A DNA stretch of 64,000 nt from contig CAKKNE010000005.1 of the NCBI GenBank assembly GCA_918797485.1, positions 3,410,001-3,474,000 on the forward strand, in the 5' to 3' direction. Below the pieces are notes generated by a model. The model saw nothing but the letters and a program-made list of their open reading frames with translations. It ran no database searches and was not told the origin of the DNA. Shown piece after piece: positions 10,813-22,730 of the stretch; positions within the stretch are counted from its first letter, which is position 1; each line of letters begins with the position of its first letter. Position numbers and translations under genes: made by a program. The DNA is from Pelagomonas calceolata. Taxonomy: Eukaryota.

Positions 10813-11958
10813 GCGCCGACGGGCGAGGGCGCGCGGCGCGACACGGAGCACACGTTCTCGTACGTCGTGAACGGCATCCCCGACGGCACGTTCCAGGCCG
10901 ACACGACGAAGCTGATTCTGCAGAACGCGATGGCTGATGTGATTCCCATCGTCGAGTCGCCGGACCAGGTCGTGCGCGCGGAGCTGCTGCCCGTCGACGC
11001 CCGTCGTAGATTGCAGGCGGACCCGACGTCGCACCGCGTCCTGTCCACCATCTTAATGGGCGACCCGTTCAAGACCTGCGGCGAGGTCGGGTTCACTTCT
11101 GCCCAAGCGTGCCTGGACGGCGTCGGCCACGTGCCGCCGTCGCTCGTCGAGTCCATGGACGAGGCCATCGCGGACGGGTCCTTCAAGGAGCGCCTCCTGT
11201 ACTGGGCGAACTTCTACAACGCGGCCTGGCCCGACGACATTACCATAGACGGCGTCGAGTGCACGCCCGACGACGAGCAGGCCGAGTGCCCGAACGAGGA
11301 CGTGCAGCCGAACCCGCCCTTCTGGGACTTCGCGGGCCCGCGGCCCACGGTCAGCCCGGCGCCGTCGTCGTCGCCGGCGCCGTCGTCCTCCCCGGCGCCG
11401 TCGTCCTCGCCCGCGCCGACGGCGACGCCCGTGCCCACGTCGAGCCCGGCGCCGACGTCGTCGCCCGCGCCATCGACGGCGCCGACGATGACTGCTGCGC
11501 CGACGTCCTCTCCGGCACCGACCGCGTCGCCCGCGCCCTCGTCGAGCCCGGCGCCGTCCTCGTCGCCCGCGCCGACGTCTTCTCCTGCTCCTACCGCGAC
11601 GCCGGTGCCGACGACCGAGGTGCGCCCGCGCGGCAGCAAGAAGAAGAAGAAGAGCGACAAGCTCTCGACGGGCGAGATCGTGGCCATCGTCGTCTGTGCT
11701 ATCCTGGCCTTCCTCATCTGTTTGCTCTGCTGCCTCTACTACAAGCAGCGCGAGCGCAAGAACACGGAGCGCAAGGACTCGTGGGACATCTCGACCATGT
11801 TCTCGGGCGAGGAGCACCTAATCCTCGCGCGCGGCGACGCTCAATCACCACCTCCTCGACGCGTTTGGTGGAGCTCAGTCTTCGATCCACCAACGCTCCA
11901 CAACGCTCCGAGACGACTGCTGAGTCGTCCAGAGGCATGGCTGGGCAAAAAAATATGA
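10813..11958 (+). CDS. Type I membrane protein with mucin-like S/T/P/A repeat stalk; 5' exon not found
   Basis: Exon starts after the acceptor cacacag (10812). (S/T)SSPAP repeats at about 11350-11615, KKKKK, then TM GEIVAIVVCAILAFLICLLCCLYY. Confidence 0.65.
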   Translation, partial: APTGEGARRDTEHTFSYVVNGIPDGTFQADTTKLILQNAMADVIPIVESPDQVVRAELLPVDARRRLQADPTSHRVLSTILMGDPFKTCGEVGFTSAQACLDGVGHVPPSLVESMDEAIADGSFKERLLYWANFYNAAWPDDITIDGVECTPDDEQAECPNEDVQPNPPFWDFAGPRPTVSPAPSSSPAPSSSPAPSSSPAPTATPVPTSSPAPTSSPAPSTAPTMTAAPTSSPAPTASPAPSSSPAPSSSPAPTSSPAPTATPVPTTEVRPRGSKKKKKSDKLSTGEIVAIVVCAILAFLICLLCCLYYKQRERKNTERKDSWDISTMFSGEEHLILARGDAQSPPPRRVWWSSVFDPPTLHNAPRRLLSRPEAWLGKKI

Positions 11959-12051
11959 TATTTTTCACAAAATCTGGAATTTGGGACTTTCCAAGGATAT
12001 AAGGGGGCGGAGCCGTGGGCGAGGAGGTTTAACAGAAAAAACTTACCCAGA

Positions 12052-14297
12052 TCACCGCCGCGCCTTCCCCCCACCAACAACTTGTTTGGAAGCCTTCCCA
12101 AGCTCGACGTTGCCCACACGACTGGCGAAGTTGAGCGTGCAGAAGGTCTCGTCCACATTATAGGTCACGGGCGAGATGCAGCAGAACATGAGCGTTTTGG
12201 AGTCCTGCGAGATACTATCTTGCAGTAAGTGTGTGAGTGTCGAATTGCGGAACGGGACGTGCTTCTGGTCGGCCCCGCGCGCCGCGATGACATCACCTAA
12301 GGCACTCAGAGACTTGTTGATGTTCTGGGCCTCTTTCAAAGCTTGGCCCGTGGCGTTCGACTTGTTGATGCGTTCCGAACCGGCCAGGTCCACGAGGTGT
12401 AACTTGCTGAACGTCCGCATGCCCGAAGATTTATGCAAAGTATCGACATGGACACTCAACAGCATGTGACTACGCGAAGAGTGCTCGTTCATGTCCGTGG
12501 ACGCGGCCGCGCGCACGGAGTCGGCCATGTCCATCAATTCCAACACCTCGGCGTCGTCGTGCACCTCGACCGTCGTCAAATCAGGGACGTAGTTGCCCCG
12601 CTCGCCCCGTCGCACCTCGAGCTTCTTCAGGCCCTTCGAGGGGTCCCTCAATAAATCTCGGATGGACTCGTTGTAGATCTCGAGGACCGACACCGTGATG
12701 ACGTCCTCGATCTGATCTCTACGTCGTTCCTTGGACTTGACGAACAAATCGTGGAGGGCCCGGAGGTTGCATCCTCTATTTTCGGGCGGGCCGTTCATGG
12801 TGTAGGTCTTGCCCGAGCCTGCGTCGAGGGAGCGTCGATGGCGTATGGGCAAGAAAACGGGACGCCGAAACAAGACCGGTCTGCCCGTACGCGAAGATAC
12901 ACACGTTGTAGCCATCTAACACGGACACGACCAAATCCGCGATCTCGGAGTAAACTTTTTCCTGCGTCGAGTCGCAGGCAAAGACCTGGTCGTACTCGAA
13001 GGTCTTCTCCTTCTTCGCACTTCGCACTTCCACCGAAATCCCGTCCTCCGGGAATTGCACGCATTGCCTGCAGCCCTCGTCGCCGCCGTTCTCCAGCTCT
13101 CTCGACGACACCGGTCGCACGCGACAGTAGACGCGGATGTTGCCCCGCAGCTCCTGGACCAGGTTATGTAATCGCTTTCTTTCAGCCAACTCCTTGTGGT
13201 ATTTCCGTTTCGCCTCCTGGACCTCGTGGGCCATATTGCCGCACTGTTTCATTAATAAGTGACAGGTCTGCTTCGCGAGCTGAGGTAACTCTTGCAGGAT
13301 GCGTTTCGCGTCCTGTTTAGCTGCTTGGATCTCCGTCTTGGCGGCCCTGACTTGGTCTCGCAATACAGCTAGTTGTTGACCGGAGGCCTTCGAGCCCTTC
13401 TTCGCCCTCCGGAGCTCCTTCTCGAGCCGAGATCGTTCCTTGTCGAAGCGCGCGCGCTCCTCGCCGACGACCTGTGTGCTCAAAATCAAAAAAGAAACCA
13501 CCCACGACCTCGTCTGATGGCCACGAGTCGCGTCGAGGGCGTGAAGGACGCCGCGAGCGCGCCTGCTCCACTTCCCGCTCCATGGCCGCCATCAACTCCT
13601 CCTTCTCGCGCTCCGATGAGGAACCGCCGTCGCGCAGCGCGGCCTTCAGAGCGGCCTTGTGTTCCTTCTTGAGGCGCTTGATCTCGTCCGGGTCGACGGT
13701 GTGACCATTCGACGACGCTCGTAGTGCCGCGACCTCCCTCCTGAGCGCGGCGACCTCGCCGTCGACCGCTTGCCGCGCGTTCATGCCTCCTTCCAGCTCC
13801 AATACTCTACCTCTAGCTGCCCGAGCCTCGTCCCGACATTTATCCCTCTCATCTTCGAGCCGCCGCATGAGCAACGATGATTGCGGCTCCTCCGGTTCGA
13901 TGATAATGGCGTTGTTATCTATTAACTTCGTCTCTAGCTCCGAAACCTTCTTCCGTAGCGTCTCGTTCTCCTCTCGTAGAGCTTCTACTTCCTTGTCGCG
14001 AGCCTGAGCTAGACCGGCAGCGGCGGCCTCCTCGAGGATCCACCGCGTCGACGCGCCGAAGGCATCGGCTTCCGCTTGGACTTGTGCGCGTTCTCCCGGC
14101 GGCGCTGAGATAGCTCGAGCGCAGATCGCTTGTTGTTCCTGCAACTTCGTAGCGAAGAGCCGGCACATCAATGACGCCTGCGTCTTGCACTGCGCCCTTA
14201 GCCGTTCGCAGGTTTCATGAGCGCGTTTTTCTTTGAGTAAAGCGTGCTGCATGGCCTTGTCGGGCGCCTTCGGGGCGCCGTTTTCAGTCTCAGACAT
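12052..14297 (-). CDS. Kinesin-14 (C-terminal motor); 3 exons (14297-13563, 13471-12877, 12818-12052), 698 aa
   Basis: Coiled coil, LHNLVQELRGNIRVYCRVRP, P-loop GQTG|SGKT split by a 58-nt intron, NEHSSRSH, LVDLAGSER, HVPFRNSTLT. The first intron (13472-13562) is GC-AG. Confidence 0.92.
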
Positions 14298-14816
14298 CCT
14301 GCCGCCGATGTCTTTCAGGGCCGGGCGCTCGGCAATGGTGGCGCCGGGGGGCAGCCCGGGGCTGCGAGCAAAGTCGCGGCGGCGCCGTCGGCTGCGTCGC
14401 GTTTCGAAACGCCTCTTGCACGTCCGCTCGGCACGCTAATGCGCGTGTGTCGATTGGCCCACCGATTTTTTTCCAGGGTGCGGGTTGCGCGTGACGCGTC
14501 CTCTCGCGCGACGGTTCTGCCTGGTCGCATTCGCGGCGCATCGAGGAGGAGTGGGGAGCGCCTGCTCAGACGTGCTAGCGTGATGATGCACTAGTTTCCC
14601 AGGCTGTGGGCGCTTGCATCTGTGCGTAGGCGTCTCTGAAACGCTGCATGCAGCAGCAGTATATCAAATAGCAGCTCTGGCACAGCAGCACTCGTTCTTG
14701 GCAGACTGAGCAGCGCTGGAGGAGCAGTAGCAAAAAGGGTGACAGCAGCAGCAATCAATTGCTGCATCGCAAGCGGCATAGCGATGCGCCCGCACACCTA
14801 AAAACAACAAGCAAGC

Positions 14817-17800
14817 ATGTCCAAGGCCCCCTACCGCGCGGCGAGCCACCGGTCCGAAGCGAACGTGGACTTTGCGCCGCCGGCGTGGTGGCGCCCGCAC
14901 TCGGCCAACACTCATTTGTTGACGGAGACGAGGCAGACGGTGCAACGATACGGCGCGGCGCCCTTCATGACCTGGCTCGACGATAAGGGGAAGGAAGAAC
15001 GAACTCTATCCTTCGACGAGTTGTGGGAGCGGTCAAGACGCCTCGCGCGGAAGATGAGGGACGACTGGGGCGTCGAGACCGGCGACCGCGTCTTGTTATG
15101 CTATCTGCCGGGACTAGCGTTCGTCGAGGCCTTTTGGGCTTGTTTGCGGTTGCGATGTGTGGCCGTTCCTACCTATCCACCAGACCCCTCGAAATTACAA
15201 ATAGGGCTGAAAAAATTGGATCTCGTGAAGAAGTCCTGCGGCGCATCTCTTTGTTTAACAGAAAAAGCATTGGACTCCATGCGGCGCGCACTATCCTTGA
15301 CTCATAGATGGCCCGCGGGGTTAGTCTGGAAGAGTACGGACCGAGAGCTGAAAGTCAACAAAGGTGAAAATGACGCCCCGTTGGACGACGACAGCGTCGC
15401 CTTCCTCCAGTACACGTCGGGCAGCACGGGGGACCCCAAGGGCGTCATGCTCACGTTCGCGAATGTAGAGAGCGGCGTCCGACACGATGCTTCACGTCGA
15501 TGGCGCCGGCGCTCGTCGTCGAGAGCACGACGCGAGTCGCGCGCACGCAACGAGACGCCGCGATGGCGCGGAGGGAGGATGAGAACGCCATCGCCGCGAC
15601 GCGCGGGCGCGGTCGCACCACGCCTGAGATTCACACATACACAACCACACACGCAAAAACACAGGTCTGGCACAACCTCAACGAGATGTACCTGCCGGCC
15701 CAGGCCCAGCATTTCGAGAGTCGAGGAGTGGACTTGAGCCGAGAGCGGATCGTCGGCGTGAGCTGGCTCCCGCAGTTCCACGACACGGGGTTGATACTGT
15801 GCATCGTCGGACCGTTCGTGGCGGGTTATAGGATGGTCAACTTCTCGCCCTTGACCTTTCTGAAGAAGCCGTTGTTGTGGTTAGAAGCACTCACAAGGTA
15901 TGGGGCTCGATGGAGCGCCGCCCCGGACTTTGCCTACGAGTTATGCGTGCGAAGACTAGCTGAAAGTAGTGAAGTCAACATCGACCTCGGTAGAGTCGTG
16001 CAACTCGCGTGCGGCGCCGGTGAAAGATGTAGACCTCATCAGCTTGAACGCTTTGTCGAAGCCTTTACGAGTAGAGGTTTACGGAGTGACGTCTGGGTGC
16101 CGAACTACGGGTTAGCGGAACACGTCGTGGGGACGTGTGGGTGTGCTAGAGGTGTTATTCTCTCTCAACAAAGACCGGACCTCGCGTGCTGCGGAGAAAA
16201 CTTTCAGTGCGACTTGCGAATTGTGGATCCCATTTCCCGAAAAGATTCATCACGGGGCGAGATCTGGATCTCGTCGCGAAGCGTGGCGGCGGGCTACTGG
16301 GGCAAGCCCGACTTATCGCGCGAGACATTTCATGCCAGGAGAGTACTGGACGACGGCTCCGAGAGTAAGTCGAGATACTTGCGGACGGGCGACGAGGGCT
16401 TCCTGGAGGAAGGGAAACTCTACATCACTGGTAGGTTGAAAGATCTCATTATTGTTGGAGGCAAGAACTACTATCCTGAAGATATTGAGGTGGCCGCGCA
16501 AGAAGCGGATAGAGTCGCCATCCGGCCGGGCTGCGTGGCCGCCTTTGCTTCCAGTACAAAAGACGAGGAGCAAGTGGTCTGTGTGTTCGAGGTCAGGAAG
16601 AAGGCTACTGACCAGTTGGATTTTGCTGCTCTGTCCGACAAGGTGGTCCGGACGGTCGGCATATCGTCAGGACTGCAGCCCCACCGCGTCATCATCATTC
16701 CGGAGCGAAGTATACCGAAGACGACGTCCGGCAAGGTGCAGCGACGGCAGACGCGTAGATTAGTTGATGAAAAAAAACTACGCGTGCTCTACGACTCGGC
16801 AGGCTTGATCGCTGTCGAAGGGTCTCTGTTAACAAATGCATTGAGTGCCCTGAAGCAGGCCTTCCCCTGGTCGCTCGGTTCTCAGACACCTGTAGAAGAG
16901 GAGGAAACAATGTCAAGGTGCAACTCGACGGCGTCACTCGTAGCCTTGGAGGACGAACCGCGGCCGCGTTCGTTCAGTGAGCGAGACGACGTCTCTGAAA
17001 TAGAACAGACATTACTAAGTGAACTGCGCAAGGTGGCCAAGGGTACGGTTACCGCCACCACGGCCTTCCACGAACTTGGATTATCATCAAGGCAGATGGT
17101 CGAGCTGCTCAGGCAGGTGGAAGTAGCGTTGGATGTGGATCTGCCCCCGACGGTAGTCTTTTCGTGCCCGACCGTGCGCGCGCTCGCGCACGAGGTCGTC
17201 GGGTTGAGAGGTGGCTCTACGATCATGGCGCCTCCTGTTGTCCAAGAGAGTGACGGCGACGACGTCGGTGTGGTGGGCTGGTCCTTGCGGTTGCCGGGCG
17301 CCTGCGATGCGCTGGAAGAACTTGATTCGATTTTAAACAACAAAGTGCGGTGCGGCACTACCATACCTTGTAGTAGGTGGGACTGGCGCGTCACTGATGC
17401 TCAATTATCCGCGAGTGGTGCCGATAATGACGCACGTTCACGAGCGAGGTACGGCGCTTTTTGTCTAGGGAGTGACGGCTTCGACCCGAAAACGTGGGGC
17501 TTGAGGCCTGCCGAAGCTACTGCGTTAGACCCGCAGCAGAAGCTCCTCTTGAGGCAGGGCCACGAGTTGCTGCGGAACCGCTACGCTACACGAGAAGAAT
17601 TGAGAGGTTCACAAGTAGGCGTCATGTTGGGTATGATGAGCGCCGATAACGTGTATGGGATCGAACCGTGCCACGCGGGGCCGCACCAGCTCACGGGTAA
17701 TGGGTATGCGTCCTGTGCTTCTAGATTATCGTTTCTGTTGGATCTGCGGGGTCCCGCATTAGTCGTCGATACCGCATGTAGCGGCGCGTTAGTTGCCGCG

Positions 17801-20800
17801 CGCTTAGGTCATGATGCTGTGCGACGGAACGACTGCTCTACATGTGTGGTAGGAGGTGTCTCACTGATGTTAGCGCCAGGCTTGGTCCACTGCGGCGCCG
17901 CGCGGGCGGGCATGCTGTCTCCTTCAGGTAGATGTCACACGTTCGATAGGAATGCGGACGGCTATTTGCGGGGCGAGGGCTGCGCGTTATTACTCCTCGA
18001 GAAAGATACCTCAATAAAATGGCGCGGGTCTGCTGTGATGCATAACGGCCAATCCGCGACCTTCACTGCGTTGAACGCCTCGTCCCAGAAAGATTTACTC
18101 CGACGAGCGTTACGAGGTACTTCTGTGACGAGCGTCGAGGCCCACGGCACGGGTACGAGGCTAGGCGACCCCATCGAGGTATCCGCGTTATCTTTATTGG
18201 ATAGGGTATGTGTATCAGGTGCCAAGGCCTGTTTGGGCCACGGCGAGCCGAACGCCGGCGCTGCTGGCTTGTTAAGTGCGATGCTCTCCTTATCAAGTAT
18301 AAAGCCGAACGGCGCGTTGCGACGGCTGAATCCCGTCGTCAGAGTCGGGACGATCGCCCTGCCGACGGAGGCCACTCTATCTGAGAAAGGTTGTGTCGGC
18401 GTGTCGAGCTTCGGCTACTCGGGCATCATCGCCCACGCCGTGTTAAGTGGTAAGCTGGAATTGTCTGAACCTCGAAAGCGCTTCGCGGACGACCGGCCTC
18501 TGGCGAACGTGCCGCCTCACCATCGTAATTCCTATACGAGCGCCCTCGACGCGGCCTTACATGAGAGCCCTTCACTAAGAGATGTGACGTTCCACAAAAA
18601 CGGTAAGGGTCCTTTCTCCGTGGTGGTCGACGGCGATCTGATAACTGTACGTGATGCATCCGACATACTCTTAACGGCGACGCGGTGTACGGATGAAGTT
18701 GAACAATTCCGCCCGCCGCCTCCAGCAACGTTGGGGGAGGTCTCTGATTTCTACACTGAACTCAAAGAGGCGACGGCCGCGCCGTCGAACGTCGTCGGCT
18801 CTGAAGTGATAGCGCGGGCGTGGGTCTCATCAAGGGGTGGAATAGGAGCGTGTTCTAGCAAAGACGCCTTCGAGGCGTGCCGCCAGCTCGCGTGTCTGGT
18901 AAGGCGGCGCGAGGACGTCGGTGGGAGGCGCTGGTGGGAGCCGGCGTCCTGCGACCTCGTCGTCTCCTCCAGTGGAAGCGGGCCGGCCTGGGCCTCCGTG
19001 CGGACGACGGCGCGGCGCGCCGATATTGGTGTGTGCGACGCGTCCGTCTCCGATGTGCTCGAGCTGCGCGGTTTGTGTTCTGTTCCCGTCGAGACGGGAC
19101 CGTCTTCTCTCCAAGACGTTAAGCTCTACGCGCTGCGCTCTCATGCGATACAAACTATGGAAGGGGACGACGCCGTCAGCATTATAAAGGATCTGCCTCG
19201 CTCACTCCCCGCGAATCGTACCGGCCGCCCGCGCTACACTACGGCAAGTGTCCGCACTTCGTCACCAGAGGTCGCGCTCGCGCTGGCTTCTACAGAAGAC
19301 GCCTGGGCGCGGCTAAGTGATGAAAGAGGCCCGCCCCTCGCCGTGGCCTGCGTGGCCTTGACCGGCAAGAGTGCTTTACTAGCAGGTGCCCACGACCCGA
19401 GGGACCTCGCCCTGGCCTGCGCGAAATGTACAAACGTCCGCGCCGCGTCTCTATGTGAAACGGAGACGGCGGCGCGCGCTCCATCAACGTTCGCCGTCTA
19501 CGTCTCCAAGCACGCGCCGGTCTCACTCAGAGACGCTGCACTGAAAGCGGGCGGTTCGGTGTGGGACGAAAGCCCCATACCAAACGCTGATGTGGTCTTT
19601 GTACGAGGCGCGTGGGTCCGCGTTGTGAGTCGTTCGTCAAAAGCTTTTGCGCAGTGTGCAGCTTTGTCACAACAAACGCGCGGCGCCGACGTCGCTTGTA
19701 TATTGTGGCGCGGGCCGTCCATCGGCGCCGAAGCGGTCGTGCGCCTCGCGCTGCGTTGCAGTGTGCCGCGATGTGTAGCGCTGGCGACGCCGGCGCTCGT
19801 CGTGCCGACGAAGGCTCCAACAACCGTGAAGAAGGCGACATCGGCGACGTCGACGCGCGAGGCCGTGTCAAGAGCGGCGCGCGACGCCCTTGGTGTCGAC
19901 GATATTGACGAGACGGCGTCTCTATCGGATCTGGGCATGGACTCCTTGGCCGGCGCGGAATTCGTCGCGGACCTGTCTCGAAGACTAGGGAGGGCCGTCG
20001 CGCCCTCGCTGTTGATCGAGTGCGATACCGTCGATTCTATTGTAAGTGCTCTCGGGGAGGACGACGTAGTGGAAGAGCGAGTGGAGGAGGTCGTAGAAGA
20101 CACTGGAAGAAGATTAGCTTGCGCGCCTTCATCAAAAGACCAGGAGCTGCTGCTGTGGATGCTGCGGCGGGCGCGGACGCGCTCCATCAAACCGGGCTAC
20201 GCCTGGCTGCCACCGACGGCCGTCGGCCTGCTCGAGGGGTCTTTGAATGTCGCGGCGCTGGAGTGGGCCCTTTCCCAGGTCGTCGACGCGCACGACGCGC
20301 TACAGTCTCGCTTGGTGGAAGTCCCGGGGGCCAACAAGGCGCTCGTCGTGTTTGGGGTTGACGAAAAGCCAAAACTCATGATCAAAACGGCTACGACGGT
20401 GGACGAGGCCAAGAGCATGGCGCAGGCGTTCCACGACGCTACAAGCAACGACCCCTACGAGTCAACATCATTGTTGCGCGCTTTATTAATCTCCACACCT
20501 TCACATGAACATGTGTTATATCTAAGCTGCAACCACGCTATTACAGACGGCTGGTCGCACCAGGTCTTGTATGGGGAGCTGGTACGAGCCTACAACGCGC
20601 GGCTACAAGGTTCCGAAGCGCCGTTCGGCCACGAGGAGCGGCCCTATGCGGCGTGGTTATCTGATCAATCTAATTATGTGAATGACGGGCGGAGAAGGCG
20701 CTACGCACGGTGCGCGCGCTTGCCGGCCTGGCCCCAACTTTCTACGACTGACGTCCTGTTCGAGACAGGTTCTCTGTTACGTAACGCCATCGCCAAAGTC

Positions 20801-21463
20801 CTACCGAAGGAAATTTTAGATAATGTAAAGCGCCACCTTTCGCGTTCCATGTCGCTGCCGTCCGTCGTGCTGGCGGCCTACGCTCATGCCCTCGGCCGCG
20901 CGTCGCGCGGCGAGGCGTCGGTCGTGCAGTACTCGCACCCCGGCCGCACGAAAGCTGATCGGCGCACCTACGGCCAGCTCGCCACCGACGCCAACGTGCT
21001 GCTCGATGATTTATCTCCACAGCCGACGGTCGGCGCCTTTTCGGAGTCGGTGCACCGCGCGGTCCTCGAGGCTTTGGCGCACCCGACGCCCTACGCCGAC
21101 GATTACGTGGCCTGCACGAATGGTCGAGAGGCGCCGCTACCGGCCCAGTACAACTGGTACGACCGCTACGGGGACGTGCCCCAGTGGTCCGGCATCCGGC
21201 GCGCGACCGAACTATCGCTGGACTCGTCTTCTTTGTCTCAAAAGACGTTCAATATCGGCGCCGTGTACCTCATGGCCCTCGTGCAGGGCGACGGGGCGCT
21301 CAAACTCGTGTGCTACTTCAACGATAGCTTGTACGCTCGGCCGACGATCCTCGACGCGCTCGGCGACGTGTCCTCGTTCCTGGCGCGCTTCGCCGAGGAC
21401 CCGTCTCTTTCGTTGCCGCCGCTCTCCGCGGGCGAGAGCAATGGGGCCGGGGCGCGGGAATAG
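14817..21463 (+). CDS. Hybrid fatty acyl-AMP ligase-ACP-ketosynthase-(degenerate DH/KR)-ACP-condensation enzyme; 2 exons (14817-15464, 15665-21463), 2148 aa
   Basis: FLQYTSGSTGDPKGV, SWLPQFHDTGLI, YGLAEH, YLRTGDEG, KTTSGK; ACP LGLSS; KS DTACS / HGTGT / GHGEP; ACP LGMDSL; C domain NHAITDGWS. A 200-nt GT-AG intron keeps the frame. Confidence 0.88.
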
Positions 21464-21470
21464 TGGTAAG

Positions 21471-22613
21471 TTAATGTTTTACGAATTGAACTTCTTTCCC
21501 GTCTTCGCGGGCGCGAAGCACTGTTCGTGAATTTCGCAACTCGCCCTCAATCCCAACTACGAGAGGGTGCGCGCCACCAAAAACGCGCCGGGCGATCCGT
21601 TCCAATTCCTCGATCGTCGTCACTGCCTCGCGGAGATCGTCGAGTGTGGCGCTGTCGTCCATGTACAGCGTCTGCGCGTAATTCCGCCTCATTTTGAGCG
21701 TGATCTCATCGTTATCTCCGAGAACGCGTCGCGCCACAGGCATTATTTGCAACAACAGTGACTTGGCTTCTTCGACGCGCTCTAGATTAAGCAGGGACAT
21801 AGCGTAGTTGTCGGCTTCTAAGAGGGTGCTTCTATGTTCTTCGCCGTATAGCTTCAGAAATGCAGAGTATACGCCCTTCCGCAGACTCATGGCCGATTCG
21901 TCTCGTCCAAGCGCTTCATACGAGTTCGCAAGATTGTTCTGCAAGGCGAGAATCTGCTGTTCTGGCGAGCCAAGGCGTCGCCGCATAGCCAACTCGGTCT
22001 CTCGCACGGACAACGCGTCCTTGTGTTGGTCTGTCTCGGATAAACCGTTCCCAAGTTGGTTCATCGCGCATCCCCGAAGCTGGTCTGCCTCCGGCCGGCC
22101 CACGTACGTCTTCCAGCACGCCCACCCGAGCGCACACGCCACGACTCCGTGGTAGTCCTGCTCGCACAGGCTACACGCGTGCCACCGCGTCCACCGCTCC
22201 TGCAATGCCTTTTCGTCCAAATTGTTCTCCTCGGCCTCCGCGAGCAAAATCTTCGCCTGCTCCGCCAGACACGACACGTGCGCAAACCCCGCCGTCCCGC
22301 GGCACGCGCACCCACGCACGAGGCCTTCCTTCGTCTTCCAATGGAGGGCCTGCGTGCAGATGTAGCACGTCTGCCCCTTCGTGTCCTCGGCGCATTTCGC
22401 GACCGCGACCGCGACGGCCTCCTTGTATTTTTTGTCGGCGTTATATTGCTCTGCGTTGCCACCGCGGTGTATTTTCTTACACATCTGCTTGTGACCGCGG
22501 CGCCAGTGGTCATGCTGGCAAGTGGCATCACAATAGCGGGTCCAACATCTAACGCAACGCGGCGCGTTGTGGGCCAGTGGGGCAGCGCAGGCGGCGCAAT
22601 TTGTGAGGATCAT
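21471..22613 (-). CDS. zf-MYND + RING-variant + TPR-like repeat protein (putative E3 ligase family)
   Basis: CAAC...CVRC...YC...CQ..HW...HK..C (MYND); CYIC...CACRG...HVSCL...W..CSLC (RINGv); helical repeats. Confidence 0.85.
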   Translation of the reverse strand: MILTNCAACAAPLAHNAPRCVRCWTRYCDATCQHDHWRRGHKQMCKKIHRGGNAEQYNADKKYKEAVAVAVAKCAEDTKGQTCYICTQALHWKTKEGLVRGCACRGTAGFAHVSCLAEQAKILLAEAEENNLDEKALQERWTRWHACSLCEQDYHGVVACALGWACWKTYVGRPEADQLRGCAMNQLGNGLSETDQHKDALSVRETELAMRRRLGSPEQQILALQNNLANSYEALGRDESAMSLRKGVYSAFLKLYGEEHRSTLLEADNYAMSLLNLERVEEAKSLLLQIMPVARRVLGDNDEITLKMRRNYAQTLYMDDSATLDDLREAVTTIEELERIARRVFGGAHPLVVGIEGELRNSRTVLRAREDGKEVQFVKH

Positions 22614-22730
22614 CTTGCGTTTTGCGGTGAGTTATTGCGGTTTGCCTTGAGTCGGCTTGGCAAACCCGATTTTTTCAACCCACCAAAAACGCGCGACGCG
22701 AACGCTCTACAGACGCCCCGCCAACGCAAA

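Noticed and set aside
11340..11620. Tandem repeats as a non-coding array
   Set aside because: They are in-frame S/T-SSPAP mucin-like coding repeats with synonymous variation.
15500..15664. Separate start for the 1987-aa ORF, or a programmed frameshift in the FAAL
   Set aside because: A phase-0 GT-AG intron at 15465-15664 explains the break.
22056..22730. N-terminal 225 aa of the 601-aa track ORF
   Set aside because: It is the antisense of the neighbouring paralog plus the spacer; the real start is ATG 22731.
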